The notes beneath the pieces are model-generated. The model saw nothing but the letters and a program-made list of their open reading frames with translations, was not told the origin of the DNA and did not search any database. Positions 51,541 to 64,000 of a stretch of DNA of 64,000 nt are shown one piece after another. The translations under genes were made by a program, and so were the position numbers. The stretch comes from Eledone cirrhosa (lineage: Eukaryota): contig OZ024740.1 of assembly GCA_964016885.1 (NCBI GenBank), positions 213,590,001 to 213,654,000 of the forward strand, given 5' to 3'. The first letter of the stretch is position 1. The number at the start of each line of letters is the position of its first letter.

Positions 51541-54500
51541 TGTGGAAGGAGTGTTTATCTGTCCACTTGTAATCCTGTCAAAGTTACCTGATGAGACCGT
51601 CCTGTCTTGCATCATAATTAGATGATGAAGCTGGGCCATTGGAATATGTAAGTGATGTCACAATGTGGAAGGAGTGTTTATCTGTCCACTTGTAATCCTG
51701 TCAAAGTTACCTGATGAGACCGTCCTGTCTTGCATCATAATTAGATGATGGAGCTGGGCCATTGGAATATGTAAGTGATGTCACAATGTGGAAGGAGTGT
51801 TTATCTGTCCACTTGTAATCCTGTCAAAGTTACCTGATGAGACCGTCCTGTCTTGCATCATAATTAGATGATGAAGCTGGGCCATTGGAATATGTAAGTG
51901 ATGTCACAATGTGGAAGGAGTGTTTATCTGTCCACTTGTAATCCTGTCAAAGTTACCTGATGAGACCGTCCTGTCTTGCATCATAATTAGATGATGGAGC
52001 TGGGCCATTGGAATATGTAAGTGATGTCACAATGTGGAAGGAGTGTTTATCTGTCCACTTGTAATCCTGTCAAAGTTACCTGATGAGACCGTCCTGTCTT
52101 GCATCATAATTAGATGATGGAGCTGGGCCATTGGAATATGTAAGTGATGTCACAATGTGGAAGGAGTGTTTATCTGTCCACTTGTAATCCTGTCAAAGTT
52201 ACCTGATGAGACCGTCCTGTCTTGCATCATAATTAGATGATGAAGCTGGGCCATTGGAATATGTAAGTGATGTCACAATGTGGAAGGAGTGTTTATCTGT
52301 CCACTTGTAATCCTGTCAAAGTTACCTGATGAGACCGTCCTGTCTTGCATCATAATTAGATGATGGAGCTGGGCCATTGGAATATGTAAGTGATGTCACA
52401 ATGTGGAAGGAGTGTTTATCTGTCCACTTGTAATCCTGTCAAAGTTACCTGATGAGACCGTCCTGTCTTGCATCATAATTAGATGATGGAGCTGGGCCAT
52501 TGGAATATGTAAGTGATGTCACAATGTGGAAGGAGTGTTTACCTGTCCACTTGTAATCCTGTCAAAGTTACCTGATGAGACCGTCCTGTCTTGCATCATA
52601 ATTTGATGATGGAGCTGGGCCATTGGAATATGTAAGTGATGTCACAATGTGGAAGGAGTGTTTATCTGTCCACTTGTAATCCTGTCAAAGTTACCTGATG
52701 AGACCGTCCTGTCTTGCATCATAATTTGATGATGGAGCTGGGCCATTGGAATATGTAAGTGATGTCACAATGTGGAAGGAGTGTTTATCTGTCCACTTGT
52801 AATCCTGTCAAAGTTACCTGATGAGACCGTCCTGTCTTGCATCATAATTTGATGATGGAGCTGGGCCATTGGAATATGTAAGTGATGTCACAATGTGGAA
52901 GGAGTGTTTATCTGTCCACTTGTAATCCTGTCAAAGTTACCTGATGAGACCGTCCTGTCTTGCATCATAATTTGATGATGGAGCTGGGCCATTGGAATAT
53001 GTAAGTGATGTCACAATGTGGAAGGAGTGTTTATCTGTCCACTTGTAATCCTGTCAAAGTTACCTGATGAGACCGTCCTGTCTTGCATCATAATTTGATG
53101 ATGGAGCTGGGCCATTGGAATATGTAAGTGATGTCACAATGTGGAAGGAGTGTTTACCTGTCCACTTGTAATCCCGTCAAAGTTACCTGATGAGACCGTC
53201 CTGTCTTGCATCATAATTTGATGATGGAGCTGGGCCATTGGAATATGTAAGTGATGTCACAATGTGGAAGGAGTGTTTATCTGTCCACTTGTAATCCTGT
53301 CAAAGTTACCTGATGAGACCGTCCTGTCTTGCATCATAATTTGATGATGGAGCTGGGCCATTGGAATATGTAAGTGATGTCACAATGTGGAAGGAGTGTT
53401 TATCTGTCCACTTGTAATCCTGTCAAAGTTACCTGATGAGACCGTCCTGTCTTGCATCATAATTTGATGATGGAGCTGGGCCATTGGAATATGTAAGTGA
53501 TGTCACAATGTGGAAGGAGTGTTTATCTGTCCACTTGTAATCCTGTCAAAGTTACCTGATGAGACCGTCCTGTCTTGCATCATAATTTGATGATGGAGCT
53601 GGGCCATTGGAATATGTAAGTGATGTCACAATGTGGAAGGAGTGTTTATCTGTCCACTTGTAATCCTGTCAAAGTTACCTGATGAGACCGTCCTGTCTTG
53701 CATCATAATTTGATGATGGAGCTGGGCCATTGGAATATGTAAGTGATGTCACAATGTGGAAGGAGTGTTTATCTGTCCACTTGTAATCCTGTCAAAGTTA
53801 CCTGATGAGACCGTCCTGTCTTGCATCATAATTTGATGATGGAGCTGGGCCATTGGAATATGTAAGTGATGTCACAATGTGGAAGGAGTGTTTATCTGTC
53901 CACTTGTAATCCTGTCAAAGTTACCTGATGAGACCGTCCTGTCTTGCATCATAATTTGATGATGGAGCTGGGCCATTGGAATATGTAAGTGATGTCACAA
54001 TGTGGAAGGAGTGTTTATCTGTCCACTTGTAATCCTGTCAAAGTTACCTGATGAGACCGTCCTGTCTTGCATCATAATTAGATGATGGAGCTGGGCCATT
54101 GGAATATGTAAGTGATGTCACAATGTGGAAGGAGTGTTTACCTGTCCACTTGTAATCCCGTCAAAGTTACCTGATGAGACCGTCCTGTCTTGCATCATAA
54201 TTTGATGATGGAGCTGGGCCATTGGAATATGTATAGTGATGTCACAATGTGGAAGGAGTGTTTACCTGTCCACTTGTAATCCTGTCAAAGTTACCTGATG
54301 AGACCGTCCTGTCTTGCATCATAATTTGATGATGGAGCTGGGCCATTGGAATATGTAAGTGATGTCACAATGTGGAAGGAGTGTTTACCTGTCCACTTGT
54401 AATCCTGTCAAAGTTACCTGATGAGACCGTCCTGTCTTGCATCATAATTTGATGATGAAGCTGGGCCATTGGAATATGTAAGTGATGTCACAATGTGGAA

Positions 54501-54985
54501 GGAGTGTTTACCTGTCCACTTGTAATCCTGTCAAAGTTACCTGATGAGACCGTCCTGTCTTGCATCATAATTAGATGATGGAGCTGGGCCATTGGAATAT
54601 GTAAGTGATGTCACAATGTGGAAGGAGTGTTTACCTGTCCACTTGTAATCCTGTCAAAGTTACCTGATGAGACCGTCCTGTCTTGCATCATAATTTGATG
54701 ATGGAGCTGGGCCATTGGAATATGTAAGTGATGTCACAATGTGGAAGGAGTGTTTACCTGTCCACTTGTAATCCTGTCAAAGTTACCTGATGAGACCGTC
54801 CTGTCTTGCATCATAATTTGATGATGGAGCTGGGCCATTGGAATATGTAAGTGATGTCACAATGTGGAAGGAGTGTTTACCTGTCCACTTGTAATCCTGT
54901 CAAAGTTACCTGATGAGACCGTCCTGTCTTGCATCATAATTTGATGATGGAGCTGGGCCATTGGAATATGTAAGTGATGTCACAA
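51541..54985 (+). repeat. 123-bp satellite, 28 copies; unit is a degenerate HHR scaffold
   Basis: Period 123 from tgtggaaggag at 51541; GUUAC-CUGAUGA-hairpin-GGAA-UAUGUA-A-GUGAU in each unit. Confidence 0.95.
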
Positions 54986-55126
54986 AGTTAAAATTTACAA
55001 CATATTTTCCAGTCCGGCCTTCTGTTGTCGTTTTAAGTACTTTACTCCGTTTCCTGCGCCAACCACTGGATACCGCATCTACGATGGATGACGTCCGTAA
55101 TGTCGAGTGCTTTGAAAAATCGTTGC

Positions 55127-56103
55127 GGCGCTACAACGGAATTGGCTGTCAGAAGTGAAAGTAGAAGAAAGTGACGTCAATCTGATGTCAATCGTCAACC
55201 TTCGTTTATTTCCGTATCACCACGCGTTTATTAGAAAACATATGAAGTTCATGGGGCCGACACTACCGACTATCTTAAAAAAAAAAAAAAAAAATTTAAC
55301 GCAGGTAACTACAAGATAACCTTGTTTTGTAATACTGGGAGAAATTGAAATATTTAAAAATCTCTATATAATTTCCTTTTTATCACGTCCGAAGCAGTAA
55401 CGCTTCGAATATTTCAATAAATATTAACCAGTTACTCCCGTTTTCGTTCTTTCTTTAATGTGGTAGAGGGTATAAGATTTGCCTGCTATTTCTAGCAACT
55501 TCAATGACCACATAATTGGTTTGTAATTTTGTTTTAAAGTGTAAGGGTTTACACAACCATTTATGAATTTCTAAGAGATACGTTTACGATGAGATACACT
55601 TATTAAAAATACTTTCATTGCATAGTTCCGTTCGTAAAGGCTTTAATTTACTGTACTACTCGGGAACCTTTTAATAACATACAGGATTAAGTCCATGTTT
55701 TTTCAACCAATTAATGGTATCTGCTGTAGTAGCGGTAGCGATGGAAATATCGCGATGATTAATTCCACGCTGGGGTATAATGTAGAATTCATATTTTTCA
55801 AGTTGCAAATACGTGTATTATCCCAAAGTGAAAAACCAAGTTTTGCATCAACGTGGTGATTTCAAAGTTTATTTATTTACACACAGTGGTGGTGGGGAAC
55901 AAATCGATTCCGCTAACTTGTTTTCTAATTTGATATACAGAGCGAAATAAATATATTTTCATCGATTACTACGCTAACGTAAATAAACCTAAATAAACGC
56001 GTGGTGATACGGAAATATACGAAGGTTTGACGATTGAGAAGGTTGACGAATGACGTCAAATTCTTCTACTTTCACTTCTGACAGCCAATTCCGTTGTAGT
56101 GCC
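55127..56103. mobile_element. Non-autonomous DNA transposon, Merlin-like
   Basis: About 110-bp imperfect TIRs starting GGC(G/A)CTACAACGG; perfect 8-bp TSD ATCGTTGC at 55119-55126 and 56104-56111. Confidence 0.8.
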
Positions 56104-56170
56104 ATCGTTGCATCATGATTTGCCTACCAGAACTACCAGTTCTACAATTAGCTGATGAATATAACTTAGT

Positions 56171-56219
<49 letters not shown>

Positions 56220-56495
56220 ATGAGAAGAAAGAGGAATACTGCGTGGTTGCACATGGGTTACATATGATAAAATTAGTCCCTCGTCAGTGATTTGCCAACC
56301 ATCATTGGTACCTCATCGCATTAAAAATCATATACCTCAGGTTGGTGCGAGCAATAACTAAAAAAAGCTATTGGGACAAGTGAATCGCGCAAAGCGAGTG
56401 AGACAAGTAAACAACATAGAAGGACAAAAGCAAACCGAAGATAGGAAAAAAACAAGCAACATGGTTATCCGGTCAGCATAAGCTGGGTGGATTTC

Positions 56496-56576
<81 letters not shown>

Positions 56577-56763
56577 GTAGTCTTTGCACTTTCCTGTTGA
56601 CAAGTGTTTTTAGGCCTCATATCATGTTACCTTATTTTATCTGATGAGAACACGTAAGGATGAAGGGTAAAGCTAACCTCGGCGGGATTATACAAAAGCA
56701 CGTATGTACGTGCTTTTATATAAACATGTTCTAACAGTCTGTATTCTCCTTTGTAATCCTTTC

Positions 56764-56799
<36 letters not shown>

Positions 56800-56968
56800 A
56801 TACTTGGGGAGGGTCATATTTGTGTAATATTGCCAGAATTAATAACAGAACACACTCACTGTTTGGTTGGTTTTCGCTTCTCGCTTCTGTGTCTTTTATA
56901 TCGGTAATCTAACTTACTCGGTCCTCAATGTTGCCATTGACTGACCGACGGTCAAAAATTCATCGCCG

Positions 56969-57028
<60 letters not shown>

Positions 57029-57483
57029 CGGCGATGAATTAGTTTAGCGAGGTTTTTTATATGAAATCATGTGTCGAAACAGATATTGTTATATTTGGGG
57101 AGGGTCATATTTGCGTAATATTGCCAGAATTAATAACAGAACACACTCACTGTTTGGTTGGTTTTCGCTTCTCGCTGTCTTTTATATCTGCGATCTAACT
57201 TACTCGGTCCTCAATGTTGCCATTGACTGACCGGCGGTCAAAAATAATACAGATACAATATAGACACAAACACATATATATAGTTTACATAATTTACATA
57301 AATCTTTCGTTGCACATCTGCAACATCGTCAGTGGTGTTATATTCATTGTTCCTCCTGTTGTGTTGTATGTCTACGCCATTTTTTATTCAGTCTGTCTAC
57401 GAGAAGCGAAAACCAACCAAACAGTGAATGTGTTCTGTTATTAATTCTGGCAATATTACGCAAATATGACCCTCCCCAAATAT

Positions 57484-57557
<74 letters not shown>

Positions 57558-57560
<3 letters not shown>

Positions 57561-57915
57561 CAAATCCGTCGAGCTTTACCTTTCATCCTTACGTGGTCGA
57601 TAAAATAAAGTACCAGTAATGCACTGGTTCGATTTAATCGAAACTTCCCCTTTCCCTTCAAATTGCTGGCCTTGTACCTAATTCAGAAACCATTATGTGG
57701 ATTGGCAGAATGAATCATTAAAGCATCTGACGAAATGCTTAGCTGTATATATTTAATATGTTCTTTAATGTTCTGAGTACAAATCCCGCTGAGACAATAT
57801 TTACCTTTCATCCTTACGGGGTCGATAAAATAAAGTACCAGTAATGCACTGGGGTCAATATAATCGACTTTCCGCTCCCCTCAAATTGCTGGCTTTGTTA
57901 GAAAGAATTATTATT
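57558..57915 (+). mobile_element. Two tandem dominant SINE copies
   Basis: Core motif twice. Confidence 0.8.
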
Positions 57916-58034
57916 ATGGTTGTGTTTAAAAACACGTTTTTCTTACAATATGAGCAGATTTATTTTGGAGGGAAGTTAAATAAATTTAAATTTAACAGTT
58001 TTACTTCCACATCATCTAATTAGAATAATAATAA

Positions 58035-58206
58035 TAAGAAGAAGAAGGAAAAGAAGAAAAGGAAGAAAAGGAAGAAAAAGAAGAAAAAGAAGAAGAAAAA
58101 GAAGAAAAGGAAGAAAAGGAAGAAAAAGAAGAAAAAGAAGAAAAAGAAGAAAAAGAAGAAGAAGAAGAAAAAGAAGAAAAAGAAGAAGAAGAAGAAGAAG
58201 AAGAAG

Positions 58207-58236
<30 letters not shown>
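58035..58236. repeat. (GAA)n/(GAAAAA) pure-purine tract
   Basis: Direct reading. Confidence 0.95.
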
Positions 58237-58239
<3 letters not shown>

Positions 58240-58360
58240 ACATCTACACATCTAATATATATAAATACAATACTCTTACTCCTGTGAATTGCATGTATCT
58301 GCAGTATATTCTTTCGTAGACTGATAAAAAACATCACATACACATTCATGCACATACACG

Positions 58361-58394
<34 letters not shown>

Positions 58395-58410
58395 CATACA
58401 AATATATAGA

Positions 58411-58473
<63 letters not shown>

Positions 58474-58548
58474 GCATATATATACATACATATCTATATA
58501 CACACATATATATACATAGATACATATTCCTATATATACACACACACA

Positions 58549-58628
<80 letters not shown>

Positions 58629-58708
58629 TGTATATATCTATACACACATATATGTATATGCCTCACACACATATACAGTCATATATATGTATATGTATGT
58701 CTGTATAC

Positions 58709-58752
<44 letters not shown>

Positions 58753-58917
58753 ATATGTGGGTACGTGTATATATATAGATCTGTATGTATGTGGGTATGC
58801 GTTCGCATATACACGCATGTGTGATGGGAAATCGTAGACACGAATACATATCACTATGTGTGAGAATACGTATGCATCTGCTGGGGCACACCTATGTATA
58901 TTTATATATTTTTATAC

Positions 58918-58997
<80 letters not shown>

Positions 58998-59319
58998 ATA
59001 CTTTGGGAGGGTCATGTTGCCAATAAGAAACACACGCACCAGTTGCTTTCACTTCAATTTATTATATATTTGAAGAGGTCACAGAGTGTGTGACGAAAGG
59101 ACTATGACTATATATAAACAACTATCTGGTTGTGGAACCAACCAACCAACCAGAAATTTATAAGTTTGTAGATTTGTAAATTTATAAATTTATAAATATA
59201 TAATAAATTGAACTGGTGCGTGTGTTTCTTATTGGCAACATGACCCTCCCAAAGTATAACAATATCGGTTTCAACACACGATTTCAGATAAAAAATCTTG
59301 CTAAACAAATTCAGAAACG

Positions 59320-59373
<54 letters not shown>

Positions 59374-59724
59374 CTTAAATCAATTTTTAACATTCACATG
59401 ACCTCTACCGACCAATCAAAATTGTTTTGACCACAAGAATTTTTTCATACATCTGGAGCCAATTTTTTTACATAAAACAGGTAGAATTTCCAAAACTAAT
59501 CAGATTAGAGCAAACATCACGGGCGCTCTATCTCAAAATTATTTTTGAAAAGCATTAGAAATGCGCAACCGGTAAAATTTAAAACCAAAACTGAATACTA
59601 ACCAATACTATTACTAATTTCTACTTATTCCTAATTAAACTATTTTTCACTGGGAACAATTTGTCACCATTTTCTTTTCCTTTTACCAATATATCATAAC
59701 TCGTGTGTTACACCTCTATTCTTT

Positions 59725-59833
<109 letters not shown>

Positions 59834-60154
59834 GTATATATACATATATACACATATATATATATATGAAAACGTTTGACCTCGACGGCAGAGCTCAAGC
59901 CGTTTCGGGGTCAAACATTTTCCTATTACCCACTCTACTACTCTAAGTATTGAGTACTCTGGTGCGTTAAGGTCCTTCTGGTTCCTTACCACTCCTCCTT
60001 CGTTATATATGTATATATTTATATATGAAAGTATATATAGTGTATTTTGTAATACACTGTATGCTTAATTAAAAGCATTTCGAAGACCTTACGCTATTGT
60101 TTTAGAGTAGTGACAGTCTCACTTACTTTAATTTTCAGCAAACAGGGGAGATAA

Positions 60155-60199
60155 AGCTGACAGAGCTCTGTTTCGCACTTTTTGGTGCTTATCAAAGCT
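60155..60199 (-). ncRNA. Type I HHR with compensatory U3-A8 core
   Basis: AGCU-UUGAUAA-GCAC caaaaa GUGC-GAAA-CAG agcu CUG-UC-AGCU. Confidence 0.7.
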
Positions 60200-60538
60200 A
60201 AGTACTCTGATGTTGGGTTTGAATAGTTTTTAGGATTTCCCAGTTCAGTTTTAACTCCCACGAACTATTAATGATTTTTTTTTCGATGCATTTTTGTAAA
60301 TAGAAACATTTTATGTTATTTTATATTTCCCTGTAAATAAATATTTTATATCTTTGGTACGTTTTATTAATTTTGTAGTCGACAATGGATTGCAATTTTA
60401 TAGTTTGAACATAACTAACTCTCCAAGGTTGATTTGGTTTAATAAATCGATAGGTCATTGAGAGCAACCGATAGAAGTGTCCAGACAAACTCAGTGATAG
60501 GAAAAATATTTTTATTTTATTTTTTTTTCAATAAATAA

Positions 60539-60580
<42 letters not shown>

Positions 60581-60838
60581 TTTTTTTTTTTTTTTTTTTT
60601 TCTAAATTTCCGTCAGAAATATTTCAATAATGAAAACTTTAGTTTAGTAATCTATTTTTATAATGAAAATGTGATTAGTGAACATTTCAGTATTGTGCTC
60701 TGTATTTTCACTAAATTTACGTTAAACAAAATTGATAGTTACAACAATAAAGGCTGAACAGAGAACACATTTTAAAACAAACTTTACAATAATTTGTACA
60801 ACCATAATGTAAATTCCAAGTAACAGAAAATACATAAA

Positions 60839-61125
60839 TTACATTTTTAGAGCCTCAGAGAATACAATATTTTTTGTTCGGCCCTCGGGAGCAAAAATGA
60901 AGAGATTGTTTGGCGAGCATCCTACATACTATTGACCATGGGAGAAGCATGGTTTTCCCAGATGAAGGCCAGCCACTTTTAGGGTTTGACCCTTAGCTTT
61001 ATTGATGGTAATCGCGATGCTTAGTCTCTCTGTTGCTCTAGTAACACTTTTTCCTCTGGAAAATCTGATCTTGCGGCCAGGCTAGGACATTTTGGGTGGC
61101 ATATCGGCAGTAACAATGACGATAA
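60839..61125 (-). pseudogene. Helitron PIF1-like helicase C-terminal remnant (probable 5' end near 61555)
   Basis: RLSIAITINKAKGQTLKVAGLHLGKPCFSHGQ*YVGCS..NLFIFAPEGRTKNIVFSEAL. Confidence 0.8.
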
Positions 61126-61198
61126 GCCGTCTCTGCTTTCGTGAAATAAATGCGTTTGTTTATATTTTGGTTTTGTGTATGCACAAGTATCTGTACAC

Positions 61199-61243
<45 letters not shown>

Positions 61244-61559
61244 TAACAGATTAAAGTTTAAGCAAAGAATCGCTGCTTTCACCCTTAGCGGGATCTTCTG
61301 AAACTAAAAAAATCAATCTGTGAACGCAGATGTAAATATTTCGAAAAACGTTATTAATTAAAAGTTGGTTAGAAGCGAAGTCAATGCAGACAGGCAACCA
61401 GGCAGACAGATATTATAAATTTAGAAGACAAAAATACCCTCGCTTTCTTACATGGAAAAAGTTACATCTATGGTGCAAATTTGGTGCTGTTTGGTCCAGC
61501 CGTTTGGCGAAAAAGTTTGTTACATACGTACAGCCGTCAGCTTTGTAATATAGATATGT

Positions 61560-62171
61560 ATGTATCCCGCTGCAACACTTGTCCCTTTATTTCCACCCTC
61601 ACCACTCTTACAGGCTCTAACGGGTCTTTCCGTATCCGCCATTCCTTCACCTGCACATCCACCCACGTTGTCTACGCCCTCCGGTGTTCCCTTTGCGGGT
61701 CTTTATATATCGGACAAACACTTGAGGGAAATACGACTCGGTTTGGTTACTCCTGTCGCCCGTCATTTCTGTTCTCCTGGTCATTCTTCCCTACATGTTT
61801 CAGTCCTGGGTGTCCTTTTATATCGTGGATCACAGGCCTCGCGGACCAGGACTGAGCAAAGTCTGATTCACCGCCTTGGGTCCTATTCCCCTCTTGGACT
61901 CAACTCACCTCCCCAATTTCTCTAATACCCCGTCCATTAACACACCCTTAGATTCCTATCTCTTTCTCTTGATCATTAGCAGCTTCTCTTACAACTAATA
62001 CATGCCGACTATATATGCTCACTCCACTTTTCCCTTCACTGCTCTATATACACACATACACACCCTTACATTAACATATTTTTGCTCATAGCTTCGTACT
62101 TACATGCACACAAACTCTTTTACTCACATACACACACACATTTCTTCTTAGCTTCGTACGGACGTATAATA

Positions 62172-62252
<81 letters not shown>

Positions 62253-62605
62253 CTTACGCACGAGCTTAAGTATAGCTCTTTTTACAAAACGTTTTTTTTT
62301 CATTTCAGGTAGACGCGCTCCATCATCCACTTTTCTAAAACATAAATCATACACAAAACGCCAGCACCAACAGTTTTGCAAGAGATGTCAACATAAATGG
62401 ACCTGTTATTTCTATCTAAAGACATTTTTTCCAATTTCATCCCACCCGTCCCCTCAATCTATCTTATTTGTCATTCTTTCTTCTGATGAAAGCCTAGTGT
62501 CCGAAACGTTCAGACCCTCTTCCTGCTATATCAAGCGTTAACCTAATATATCCCTTCCATATACTGTACCGATTGTGTTGTTATTTATGTTTACCTTTTA
62601 CATAT
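61560..62605 (+). mobile_element. Penelope-like element 3' part: GIY-YIG endonuclease remnant plus tail with HHR
   Basis: CNTC..FTCTSTHVVYALRCSLCGSLYIGQT / PVARHF...H...VSVLG...EQSLIHRLGSYSPLGLN (frameshifted). Confidence 0.85.
62479..62514 (+). ncRNA. Minimal HHR in Penelope tail, stem II decayed
   Basis: UCUU-CUGAUGA-AAGCCUAGUGUCC-GAAACGUUCAGA; intact homologue at 25796-25831. Confidence 0.6.
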
Positions 62606-62838
62606 ATATAGTAATAATAATAAATTTGAAGACTAAAATCCAAAGAGGGCTCAATAAGGATAAATATATATCAAATATATAAGAACCCTAGAGCAAATAT
62701 TTATTAAAATAACAGATTAAAGTTTAAGCAAAGAATCGCTGCTTTCACCCTTAACGGGATCTTCTTAAACGTTTCAGAAGATCCCGTTAAGGGTGAAAGC
62801 AGCGATTCTTTGCTTAAACTTTAATCTGTTATTTTAAT

Positions 62839-62895
<57 letters not shown>

Positions 62896-62961
62896 ATAAA
62901 AAAAATTTCACTCTACATGGCTGAATACAATAAATGTAATCTGAGTTTTTCGAATATTAAT

Positions 62962-63155
62962 AATTGTTTCTACTTTTTGGCACAAGGCCAGCAAATTACC
63001 CAGTACATTACTGGTACTTTATTTTATCGACCCCGTAAGGATGAAAGGCAAAGTTAACCTCGGCGGGATTTGAACTCAGAATGGCAAGGGCCGTAACTCT
63101 ATGCGTCAAAGCATGGCGTCCGACCCTCTACCGGTACTGCCAACTCACCGCCCTT
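62962..63155 (-). mobile_element. Dominant SINE, near full length
   Basis: Nearly identical to 38282-38462. Confidence 0.85.
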
Positions 63156-63269
63156 CGAATATTAATAATAACATTCGATTCGTTTGCAATTATGCAAAGA
63201 AGCCTCATTTTTAAAGCCATGTCAGTACAACGAACTCTTCATCCTTGCTCTTGTGTTGGCATGTAAACA

Positions 63270-63319
63270 GAACTGCAGACACTAATGTTTCTGGGTATCA
63301 CGCTTCATCAGTACAGCTC
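63270..63319 (-). ncRNA. Type I HHR motif, weak stem II
   Basis: GAGCUGUA-CUGAUGA-AGCGUGAUACCCA-GAAA-CAUUAGUG-UC-UGCAGUUC; 8-bp stem I, GUC site. Confidence 0.65.
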
Positions 63320-63766
63320 ACTGTTCACCTGCCAACTGTCAGAGCTAGTGAAAATATATGCTATTTTCATAAAATATACAGAGACCGATCGGCCTGATTT
63401 GCATACCAGCAGAGTGGCTGATCAGTCATATTTGCATATTAGCAGTTCCATTGATCAGCCAGATTTGCATATCAGCAGAAAGAGAGAGAAAAGGTGAGAT
63501 TATAAATAGCACGGAAAATATATTTAAGGGCCTGCTTTTTTTTTTCCCTTTTCTTTGATTCGTCAAAGTGACATTATTGAAAAAGATGAGAGGGACAATA
63601 AAAAAAAAAAACAGTTTTATAATGTATATAAAGTATAACCGGTTTCGATGTAATATTAAAATTCATTTTATCAAATGTTGAGTATTACAATTAAAATGAA
63701 TTAAAAACTAAAAATTAAGTGTTGAGGTAAGCTTTTTCACAATGGATAAATGTATGTATATATGTA

Positions 63767-63824
<58 letters not shown>

Positions 63825-64000
63825 GTAAGAGGTGAGTTTTATTGTAGTACAATCTTTCTACCTTATTTCAATGTTATTTATTATACATTATATAATACTA
63901 GTTACTCATTCTATATCACTCCTATTTATCACTTCCCTTTCTTTTTTTTTTCTTTTTTCTTTTAATTTCTAACCTCTAATCTGTACCTTTCCTTCCTAGA

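Noticed and set aside
56145-56300. CTGATGA (+) and CTGACGA (-) heptamers
   Set aside because: No downstream stem II plus GAAA; truncated by (TA)n or chance matches.

Overview
Eukaryotic, AT-rich, repeat-saturated DNA with no host protein-coding gene that I can support. The repeat families and microsatellite density suggest a cephalopod (octopus-like) genome, which is an inference. The window holds a near full-length L1/Tx1-clade LINE in a (TATC)n tract, a Chapaev3-type and a Merlin-like DNA transposon with intact TIRs/TSDs, and fossils of RTE, R4/Dong, CRE, hAT, Helitron and Penelope elements. It also has more than 20 tRNA-derived SINE copies and minisatellites of 27, 31 and 41 bp. The main hidden signal is RNA structure. 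By eye I find about 20 discrete type I hammerhead ribozyme (HHR) motifs from about 10 sequence families, most in (TA)n-flanked fold-back fragments. Six identical HHRs lie in a 422-bp tandem array that is mirrored into a 2.9-kb palindrome (retrozyme / Penelope pLTR-like). A 28 x 123-bp satellite has a unit that is itself a degenerate HHR scaffold. Two motifs carry the compensatory U3-A8 core, and most families have their own palindromic stem III. All folds are manual and no activity is demonstrated.
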